DNA of 51,406 nucleotides, the filler included, from Porpidia crustulata (lineage: Eukaryota): assembly GCA_964255105.1 (NCBI GenBank). It is 3 parts of 3 records of this genome, joined end to end, with 100 filler letters (N's around TTAATTAATTAA, not from the genome) between each part and the next. Parts side by side here need not be neighbours in the genome. Positions count along the whole stretch, not along the records: positions 17,179 to 34,243 come from CAXUWE010000232.1; positions 34,344 to 51,406 come from CAXUWE010000233.1; 1 more part is not named here. One strand, 5' to 3'. A program made the translations under genes and the position numbers. Positions 26,984 through 36,369 of this stretch are shown here, piece by piece. The notes under the pieces are model-generated. The model did not search any database. It had not been told where the DNA came from and saw only the letters and a program-made list of their open reading frames with translations. How positions within the stretch are numbered: position 1 is the first letter of the stretch; each line of letters begins with the position of its first letter.

Positions 26984-28477
26984 TCAGGACTCGTGCGCGC
27001 AGGTCTTCAAGTAATTAGGCTCCACGACGTCTACTGTCAAAGGATTGTGCGACGACCATCCCGTGTAATCTAATGTTTGCGGATCCCATGGGTACGAGTC
27101 TCGAAGATCAAAGCATGGTAATTTGAGAGCGCCCAACCATACAGTCAAGATTGCCTCTGCTAAAGTAACCGTCCTACGCACGTCGAGCACGTCCACATTT
27201 TCAGGACTGTCCATCCTCATGGTCATGAGAGTGATGGAACGGCCAGGTGTTATCAAGGCCCTTGTCCTGATGTTTCGATGTAATCTTGTTTCATCGTCAC
27301 GACTTCTCTCCCTGATGTGCTCGTAGACTCTCCCGTTCAGTCCACTATCGTACTTGCTGGCCGAACCGACGTACACGTACCGGTCATTAGCTGCCTGAAG
27401 CTCATAGCGAGAGGTTGTTAGCCTAGCGTACACGCCAGCATCAGTGGAATCAACTGAGGATAAACATTCAAGATCGTCATAGGTGGGAGGTTGCAAGCCC
27501 CCGAGGATCCTTTTGACATCTTCTGGGATACCCTGAGAAATGGTGGAAAGCCACCTTTCACTTGACTTCTCCGAAAGCGCATCTCTCCAAGTTGGAGTCA
27601 TATCGGACTTCAGAAGTGCTAGCCAAACGTTGACCAACCGTGTACTAAAAAGTGACTGTCGCAGCCCAGGTGGCATTTCTTGAGGGTCCTCAACCACCGT
27701 CGATTCAAATATCATGTTTCCAAGCTGTCGAAGCGTTTCCTCCACGCGTGGCTTCGTTCTCCGGAGCAACCTGGCGACCTTGGTCAGCGGTAAACCTCGC
27801 TTTCGTCGCAAAATCAGCCACTGAGTCTCGTCATCGGAGTATTGCTCTTTTTTTCTCCGCGTCACCAGCTTCTTCAACTCTTCTTGCTCAAAGACGCGTT
27901 TGGCTTCGCGGAAGATGAATTCGGCAGTCAGGTTGAAACACGACGCTAAATCCACGAATGACTGCCCCTGCCGGAGACCTCGCTTCAGCTCTTCGTCTCT
28001 CGCACCGCCGGGCGCTCTTCTTGCAGGCACAGGAGCTTTGCCCTGTCTTTTACGACTCTGGGGTTTAATGGCTAGAAGTAGCCTTTGTACGACTAGTTTC
28101 GTAATAAACCTTTGAAATGCGCTAGCGTACTCGTCTGTTTCATGTCTCATGCTGGATGCAAATGCCTCCATAACGTCTATTAAATCTTCCCCGACGGGAA
28201 TGGCGAAGGTCCATGCCACATCCGCTGGTTCGCCATCTTCACAAAATTCACAAGTGATGTATTGGTGTTTCTGATCTGTATTTGGTTCTTTCGGAGGGTT
28301 GAATAACACTCGAGTCGAAGCACGCGGGTTACGTTCCATCTCCAATCCGGAAACAGAGACCATGGACGCGGCTTGCGCACCTGCAAAAAGTGATTGCTGG
28401 AGGGTAGGTTGCCTCAACCGTGCAAGTACCGTCTGACTTGTGCGCAACATAATGGCTGAGGATCTGAGGAACATCAT
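26984..28477 (-). CDS. Intronless protein with a Myb/HTH-like repeat and a C-terminal GIY-YIG nuclease-like domain
   Basis: YSDDETQWLILRRKRGLPLTKVARLLRRT (Myb/HTH-like); AGVYAR...YVYVGSA...GLNGRVYEH...LAEAIL...HNPL. The start could instead be at 28561. Confidence 0.65.
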   Translation of the reverse strand: MMFLRSSAIMLRTSQTVLARLRQPTLQQSLFAGAQAASMVSVSGLEMERNPRASTRVLFNPPKEPNTDQKHQYITCEFCEDGEPADVAWTFAIPVGEDLIDVMEAFASSMRHETDEYASAFQRFITKLVVQRLLLAIKPQSRKRQGKAPVPARRAPGGARDEELKRGLRQGQSFVDLASCFNLTAEFIFREAKRVFEQEELKKLVTRRKKEQYSDDETQWLILRRKRGLPLTKVARLLRRTKPRVEETLRQLGNMIFESTVVEDPQEMPPGLRQSLFSTRLVNVWLALLKSDMTPTWRDALSEKSSERWLSTISQGIPEDVKRILGGLQPPTYDDLECLSSVDSTDAGVYARLTTSRYELQAANDRYVYVGSASKYDSGLNGRVYEHIRERSRDDETRLHRNIRTRALITPGRSITLMTMRMDSPENVDVLDVRRTVTLAEAILTVWLGALKLPCFDLRDSYPWDPQTLDYTGWSSHNPLTVDVVEPNYLKTCAHES

Positions 28478-29012
28478 CTTACAAGTGTGCGAAGCGTCGA
28501 AGACTTGCGGAGCTGTCAAGGGTGGATTCTGAGAGTCCGAGTCTCCCCTCTGATCCAACATCAAAAAGGGTGGGCTTGCGTGAGTGTTGATGCAGGAAAA
28601 TGATTGACTACAGAAGGCTTGGCAATAGAAGGTGACAAAAATCTGTCTCTCGCTCACTCGACGCTCGCCCAGACGCTCCCGCTTTAGCGACATCAGCGTC
28701 TCTTCAATGTCAACACATTCCCTTTCGCCATATCTGACAATCAGTCTTACTTTCAACAGTTCAGGCTGCCTCTGAGACTGTACAAAACATCACACTCTCT
28801 CCAATCTTTTCGATCCACTTCACATCATCCACTTTAGGGCCCAGCTCATGGTCAACTTGGATCTCACGAGCAGGAGACAACTTAACGCAGCTTCGATATC
28901 TAGAGTGATTTACAAAGCGTCCAGATAAACCCAATCCAGCAGTCAAGGGATGCCAGTCGTTCAAGTGCAACATTGTCTAGCAGCTATATGTCATTACAGA
29001 GAATCCCAGTCT

Positions 29013-30530
29013 ATGCAAGATGCATTAAACAGAAGTTCAGGGGAAGAGATAAGTGACCCACTGTCGAACGACATCATTGGAGGCCAGGTTGCAGTTTCAC
29101 TAGCAAAATCAGCATGTGGTCATCTCAGTCAAAATGAGTTGACACAATTCATAAATTTCTTCTTATATCCCGAAGTAGAAGCCTCAGACGAAATTGTTCA
29201 ACGCTTTCACGAACTTAAACAGGAATTTTACTCCTTGGAAATCCAGGAATCATCAGAGCGCTTGGATCGTCTAGCACAGCCATCAGGGCCTTTGGACGCA
29301 TCATTAGGATTGATCATGCACTGTCAGTCCAAAGAAGGCCCAGGTGGCCCCTTTTGGGATATGAAAAGTCCCACCATCCAGGCCCTCGCTACCAAGGGAG
29401 TTAGTGACGCCTTCGCATTTGGATTTGACTGGCATTGGAGGGGCAGAAGATTCTCCGATAGGTCGAGGTTCATGCCCCACGACATCATGGAAGAAGTCTG
29501 TCAAAGCGTATGCACGACAAATTTTCTGCAGACGTACTTGCACTTTTACCCCTACCATTCAACGTTGTTTTTGGAGAATGTGCTCGAAAGCATTACGAGC
29601 GCGCTCCCATTCAAGGACAACGCAGACTCTTAACGGTTCCAGTACTTCCTGGCTCAAATCCAGATTTCGATTTGCGCTTTAAGGCCGGCAACATGAAGCG
29701 CATGACCGTATTCATCGAGCACCCTGCCGCGGTATTCTTTGGGCGCCCAGCCGGTGCGAATCACTCGGTCCGAATAGACGCTGCTCTCACGTTCTTGCTC
29801 TGGCGCTTGAGGAAGGAACACGATCGGTGTGCCTTTCAGAAATTGTCATCTCGGCATTGGCGTGGTCTACCCCCTCTTGTTGCCCCCATAGGAGAGATCC
29901 TTCATTATAGCCAACTTGAGAAAGCAGGCCAGCGGATTCTGACAAGAGATGACTATACAGTGAGGTTCAGGTTCTGGGCTGAAGGGTTTCTGCAGGTGTC
30001 ACCGACGACAGTTCTGGAGAGTGGCAAGTCTGCCGTTGCGGCCGTGCAGGAGCAGCTACGATTCAACTCCAGTCTCCTTCCTGGCAATGCAAAATTCAAC
30101 GTGGATCTTCGACAAAGACTTCTTTCCAGCGCCCTGTTCCACTGTGGCAAGCTCAAGAATGGCTCGGATAAGGGAAGGATATTCTTCCGTGGCGTTACGA
30201 TCTTTGTTCCGGAAATGGCAGAATTCAATGCTGTTGGTGTGCTCTGCGATTTGCTCCCTGAAAGTTCAGAACATGATCAGCCTTGTTCGATCCAGGCATT
30301 ACGTGGCGATCCTGCTAGACGTTTGGGCATAAATAACATACCTCGATAAAGCCACCAATTCAGTGCAATCAATATGGTGTCAGCAGAAAGGGGAACAAAA
30401 CACAAAGAAATTCAATTCGTTGGTGGATTTTCTCTCAAGCGAAGACGAAGGGTACACAGAAAGCCAGCCTCGACGTTATCTCGCCAGAAGCGAGATATTT
30501 GGGAGATCGAAGATCACTTACACGTCATAG
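29013..30530 (+). pseudogene. Frameshifted gene, possible uracil-DNA-glycosylase-like fold
   Basis: A coherent protein is restored by three frameshifts (about 29441, 29507 and 30331): FDWHWR/AEDSPIGRGSCPTTSWKKSVK/MHDKFSADVL..VVFGECAR..VFIEHPAAVF..DPARRLGI/ITY..W..KGEQNTKKFNSLVDFL..PRR. Confidence 0.55.
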
Positions 30531-31640
30531 AGAGAGCTGAGACTCCCTTAGTGAGACGATTAAGCACTTCGCAAATTCAAACGAAAGGGAACATCAAGGG
30601 TGCGCTCTTTTCGATACCTGGGAACACTTGACCATGCAAATTTGCGCTCCAGATTCAGCTTCGCGTTCGATCTCGTCTTCCAATTTCCCTTCAAAGTTTG
30701 ATATCTTAGTCGCTATTCGCGCTTTTTCCACCGTTCTAGCAATAAAACCTCAGAATGCCGGACATCAGAAACCAGGCTGCTTGAGAGTGTGTATTACATT
30801 ACGGTAGTGCTGAGCGTTGTTGGTTTTACATGTACAAAGGACAATGATGCGATATGGCCCCACGCGTTGGCTGTAGTATCTTATGAAGCTCGAGAATCAG
30901 TGCTGAACCATCGTTGTCCTTGAAAAGAGAGAAGCATTTTGCATTCCCTCCTTCGCTCTTCTGCGTCCCATCTTGATCATCTTGACAGGTCGTCTACTTT
31001 GTTGATGTACCGTTTTATTTTACCAATAACACATGGCGACTCCCAACCTACTCGAGAAATATGCCTCTAGAACGATTGACAATAGACTATGCATTGTCAG
31101 AGAATGCTTCATCTCCAAAGCAATCTCTGAAGCGGTTGCCCCTGCCATCCAATAGCCCAGAAGACTCTCTGGGTGGTATGCTTGATCTTTCGCACCTTGA
31201 TTTCAGAAAATAAGCAGAAAATCAGAAATCTTCGAAGTTGGCCATGACACTAGAAAACTTTTGGTTTACTGTTTGCGATTTTTGAGTAGTGCGAGTGCGC
31301 CGAGAAGGCCTTTTGGGGTTTTGCCACGCCTGCGATTGATATCTCAGCAGACGGACTCCCCCCCGCAGTCCCCGATCGCGCATCACGGATATACCTTTGT
31401 AGAAGTTCTAGAACGCAGAGCAAAATTGTGGTCAATTTGTGGTCAATTTGTGCGTACAATTTGCGGTAATATTGTTGTGTAGAAATGACCGCCGCGAAGT
31501 ATTCCGTTGCCAGCCAGACCTGGGCCTTCTGCACTGCTTGTGCAAGAAAATAATTCCAGATCGAAAAGGCAAGTGAAATCGCAATTAGATTTGTTTTAAA
31601 ATAGATATATATTTACGGTATGACTCTTATTTTCACATTT

Positions 31641-31785
31641 GCGGCGATAGCTCAGTTTGGGAGAGCGTCAGGTACGATTGTCATCTTGCAGGGTGTTTGC
31701 ATTACTAATAATTCGTAGACTGAAGTCAACTTCGGTAATATTGAGCAAAATCTGAAGGCCGAGCGTTCGATCCGCTCTCGCCGCA
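31641..31785 (+). tRNA. tRNA-Phe(GAA): tRNA-Phe(GAA) with two introns: a 47-nt GT-AG spliceosomal-type intron at 30/31 (31672-31718) and a 24-nt canonical intron at 37/38 (31726-31749)
   Basis: Acceptor GCGGCGA/TCGCCGC+A; D stem GCTC/GAGC; anticodon stem TCAG^A/TCTGA; loop CT-GAA-G^A; T stem GAGCG/CGCTC with loop TTCGATC. Removing both inserts gives a 74-nt cloverleaf with all four stems Watson-Crick paired. Confidence 0.93.
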
Positions 31786-31798
31786 TTCAAAACGTTAA

Positions 31799-31805
31799 TT
31801 TTTTT
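31799..31805 (+). terminator. Pol III oligo-T terminator of tRNA-Phe
   Basis: T7 run 13 nt after the discriminator base; it is the first run of 4 or more T from the tRNA start. Confidence 0.8.
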
Positions 31806-32022
31806 CTCTATTTCAGATGATGATCAATAAGCAGAATTCCCCATCGTCTTTCTATGCGCGAAACTTGGCATTGATTGAAATGACCAGATTAGGCATCTCT
31901 TCGTCTACTTGCTGCAGAAACTGGGGGGCGCTAGGACAGATTACACGTGATCTGAATTAGCAGCGATTTTATCGGCAGGAAAAACTTCCCTAGGCCTAAG
32001 ATACGATCTTGTTCCCAAGAAC

Positions 32023-33619
32023 ATGCAATTGGGGGTTGAAAGCGCTGGAATCTTCAAATATGCATATTTCGACGTTTCAGCTCTTTGTCGTTGGCGAGTG
32101 AGCTGCGCGGAGGGCAATCTTGCTTTTGTAATTTATCTCAGATCCCAACAAGCGGCAGCCTGAATTGGACAGTTATTATTTCGTTCATTGACGGAGTGGA
32201 GTGGGTGCTCCGGTCCCCACGAGATGATGGTGCAATCCAATCCGATGAAACAAATCTCATTCTGTTGGCCAGTGAGGCCGCCACTCTCAAGCTCATCCGA
32301 GCTCAAAGTGCAGTCCCCGTACCGAATGTCTTCGCACACAGGCATGGCATCCTCTTGCTCTCTTTCCTCTGAGCATACTAATAATCAACAAGCTATTCCA
32401 GGGACAACGATATCGGGATACCGTATATCCTAATGAGCAAAGCTAACGGCTCCCCTCTCCGATGCACATGGAAATCTTCCTCCGGAACACAAAAAGCTAA
32501 AGTCATGTTTCAGCTTGGAGGCATAGCATGGCGCTTGTCAAGGCTCCGTTTTAATCAGATTGGATCACTCTTTGAGGAGAACGGAAGCTTCCGAATAAAG
32601 TCGTATCTCTCGCGTGGACTGCTCATGAACGTAAGAAACTCGCTCGAAGATTTGCATCGTGGCCCTTTTGTCTCCGAGACGAATATTACGATGTACTTGT
32701 CTCAGCATTCCGTCAACAAGCCAAGTGTCTTCCTTTAAGCCATCACTGCTTCTTTGCACCGATTCCGGCACAGAGCGAGTACGGCGATAGTTCTGGATAT
32801 CAACGGGCGGCCAGCCGATGGAGTGATTTCGTTACCCTAGGCTCCAAGATCGACGGGTCAGATAATAGGTCGGACTACGTTATTGCGGGGGACGCCCTTT
32901 TGGACATGTTGTCAAGGTGGGTTCATAATACATCAAGGCTTAATGTGGATGACTGTCGGGAGCGTTTCCCGATCCATCACCCAGATCTCAGTGTGAATAA
33001 CATCTTCGTTGACGATGAATATAATATCACATGCATTATCGACTGGACGTTCTGCTCCTCTGTCCCCTTATCCGTACTTCTTACACCGCCCGGCTTACCA
33101 CAGTCTCGAAACGAGGCTGAACCGTCGCTTTTATCCATGTTTGAATGCGGATTTCTTCAAGCACATTGTGAAAACAGTCGGCAAAAAGAGCTCAAGAAAG
33201 ATACTGGGCTTTACCAGATACTGAAACAGGTCCGTTCAATGTGGCTATTCTCTCGTCACATAAGCTTTGACTCCACCAAGGACTATGACCTCTTCAGAGA
33301 CCTTTGGAATTCAAACGGTCCCTATGATCAGGATATTTCCGGGCTTTTCACTTCGAGGCAGTGTTTACAGCAATACGTAGTATTACGTGATGAATTGAAG
33401 GAAGAGGACGCCCCAGCGGAGCAAGTGGCTCTATCGGAGCGACAATATTTTCGTGAAGATGTTTGCGGACTGGCAATATCAAGAAAGCTGACTTTGATTT
33501 CTGAGTGGTCTTCACGGTACGGGAGACCGCGTGCTTGCGGGATCAGAAGGAATGGCAGCATTTTTGTTGCGGACAGGAAACTATGGCTGTGGATTGACAA
33601 ATGCCTAAACCCACTTTAA
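32023..33619 (+). pseudogene. Aminoglycoside phosphotransferase (APH) / kinase-like gene, frameshifted
   Basis: GSLNWTV..FIDGVEWVLRSP, SEAATLK..VPVPNVF, IGIPYILMSKANG, FPIHHPDLSVNNIFVDDEYNITCIIDW. Frameshifts near 32092 and 32681, and a GC donor at the intron 32342-32392. Confidence 0.8.
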
Positions 33620-34243
33620 GGCATCATTCCTTCTCCATTTCCCGTAATGATACCACTTGCAGAGCGAATTAAGACATTTAGTCTGCACTATGTTTACATT
33701 GGAATGTGCTGCTATAAAAGCGGATGATAATGAACATACTTTGAACCACTTTAAGGACAGTAAGATACGTGGAGTCCAACAAATTACTAAATTATCTGTA
33801 TCCTGACATAACAAAAAACCCCAATCGGTCAAATATGTTCACGAATATATTCAGCATTGACGTTTTCCTCCTCTCCGGTAGTGTCATCTTTTATTTTGAG
33901 TTATCATTGCCCTTTAGCAACTATACGAGACATGAGATCCAAACAATGACATACAACATGGAGCTGAGTGCTTAATGTTCCATCACTAATTGTGCCTGTT
34001 CGCCACTCACTACTTAATGATGTTTTAATTTCTGCAATGATAAACAGAATTTGTGGTATACTCACCACCCCTACGACAATAATATACCTTGTTTCCAGCA
34101 GGATAATAGGCCTTTTTCCTCGAGTTTGAAGGAACGGCCGGCAGGTCTGGAGGCGTTGAAGGCTGAGGTCGGCGTCTTGGCATTGTTGTGTTAGCATCAG
34201 CTTACTAAGGTATCAGAAATACGCCGGGATAGCGTACCCCTCA

Positions 34244-34343
34244 NNNNNNNNNNNNNNNNNNNNNNNNNNNNNNNNNNNNNNNNNNNNTTAATTAATTAAN
34301 NNNNNNNNNNNNNNNNNNNNNNNNNNNNNNNNNNNNNNNNNNN
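34244..34343. other. Scaffold gap with synthetic TTAATTAATTAA linker
   Basis: 100-nt N block with embedded linker. Confidence 0.97.
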
Positions 34344-35829
34344 ATCTTCCTCCTCCGCTTCCTCGTCCGCGTGCCCGCCGTTGACAACGGCTGTCCCGTT
34401 TAGCCGGGGGCCGCTACCACCCGGACCTTCCGCCCCGTCGTCGTCGTCACCAGCCGCGGGCCCGGAGCCGCGACCCCAGCCTTCGAGGATGCCTTCTTCC
34501 CAACCACCCATGACGGCCTTGACAACCCCCGGCATCTGGCCGAGCTCGGCGGCACCGACGCGCAGGGCGATGCGCAGGTCACCCATGCCGAGCGCGCGGC
34601 GGCCACCGGCCTCGCGGGCTTCGACAGGAAGGAGGCCGGAGCCGACGCCACGCAGGACTTCGCCGCGCTGGTAGCCGTCTTCTTCGCGCTCGAGCTGCTT
34701 GCGGTACTTGCGGGTGACGATGCCGTTGGTCGCGATGGTGTTGCTCCGGGTGCGCACGAGGATGCCGGTGACGACTTCCTTGATGAATTGTTCCGTGGCG
34801 GTGGCCATGAATTCGGCGCAAGCGTCGGCGCAGCCGTTGGGTAGGGCTTCTTCGTAGCAGATAGGGACCATGCGGCCGTGGATGGCGTCGGTGTCGGGGA
34901 ATTCACCGGTTTCGGAGGCGAGGGGTTGGGAGTAGCGTTTGCGGATTTCGAGGTCCCAGTCTGTGGGTAACCAGAGATTAGTAAAGAATCTGAGCGTTGG
35001 AGGCAAACTGGGTAGATGGATTGGAATTACTTGTCTTGTTGAGGCCCCCAGCGCTGGCAGGGACAGTGTCGGGCAACTTGATTTGCTTGGCTAGGTGGTA
35101 CTCCATCATTTCGTTGGCGACTGCTAGGGTGATGGGATCGATGACTTCGACCTGAATATAGTATACACTTCGTTAGGAATTTGCATTCGTCTTCCTCGAT
35201 CCATGATAGTGTTTCCATCCGGCTCGACAGAGTAGACCCCACACCACTTACATCAGGAACCTCTTTCAGCCGCCTTCGATCTCTCGCCGGTAATTGCATG
35301 ACCTCCGTCTTCAATCTCTGCTCCGCTGCATTTCCTGATACCGGTTTTGACAAAACCAGTGGCTTGTCATTTGCAGAAACCCAGGGCGCCACACCTTGAT
35401 CTGGAAGGTCGCGCAAGACGTTCCCCTGTATTGCGCACATGAGCTGGTTGTGGAGATGGACTGTCGAAGCATCGGCTGAAAAACATTGATCGATTCGTTC
35501 CGATAGCTCACTTTGGTTGAGTTGGCCTGGGACGCAGTCAGTCTCACATTCTAGCTACCCAATTTCACCCTAGCTTTGACGTAACATGACTTACCAATCA
35601 CCAGTAAGTTGATTGCCTCCTTGTATGCACCCCACTGGTCACCAATGGCAGCTTTCAAAGCCGTATATAACGGTTCAATGTCTATACGCTGGGCGGTATT
35701 GGCAGGTTTTGCGGTCTTCTGGGATGAAGGCACAGAGGAGCCATTGAGCTTAGTTGTCGTCAGAGGCGCCAAGGTAGGCTGAGAGATAGTGTCTAAACGG
35801 CTGAGGGCAGCTGGGTCAATGTCCGGCAT
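34344..35829 (-). CDS. ADA1: SAGA complex subunit Ada1/Hfi1 (Tad1 family), 4 exons, 3' end in the gap
   Basis: [74 protein letters not shown]. Exons 35829-35595, 35526-35252, 35151-35031 and 34960-gap. Confidence 0.9.
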
Positions 35830-36369
35830 GGCGTCGATTGGGTTGCTTCAGCGGAGGCGGAGGCCTGGTAATTCTAAGGCCGTGGACACCGCATCACCAT
35901 AAGTGTAGCTATAGCAGTACGCAGAGCGAGTGACAAGGCGCAAGGAGAGGAAAGCGAAGAGAATCCAAAAATGACTGCGATGGATAGTCTGATGGTTCTG
36001 GTAATCTAGTGTCTAGTGTAGGGCATGGGGGGGGGGGTTAGATATATTGCGGCTCGTGCCTTATCCGCACTGCCCGACAGATCCGCCAATCCGCAATTTA
36101 TCTAGCTTAGCGTTTTGATATTGCAGCCAATTCGGTTTTTGATAAACTGGAAAGCCTGACCATACGAGGTTTACAGTTTTGAGATTTCGTGGGTAAATAT
36201 AGGCTAGAAATGCGCACATCTCCAGCTCCCGTATATATGCCTTTTAGCTAGCTGCTGCGCAGTGGCTGGCTTGCACATGATGGCAAAATATCTGGGCGTG
36301 TGATGAGGTGCTCTACTATGCTCCAAATAGTCTGTTGGCGTCAAGAGACGAGGAAGAAGCTCATCTCGC

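Noticed and set aside
31425..31472. Degenerate 11-12 nt tandem (TTGTGGTCAAT) upstream of the tRNA
   Set aside because: Only two good copies and no spacers; probably replication slippage.
31030..31480. Fragments faintly resembling an F-box/Cys-rich gene
   Set aside because: Too degenerate to call without a search.
31672..31718. Alternative reading of the tRNA insert as an archaeal-type BHB intron or a random insertion
   Set aside because: No bulge-helix-bulge pairing is evident. Donor, branch point and acceptor all fall in the register that restores the stem, which favours a spliceosomal origin, though this is not proven without RNA data.
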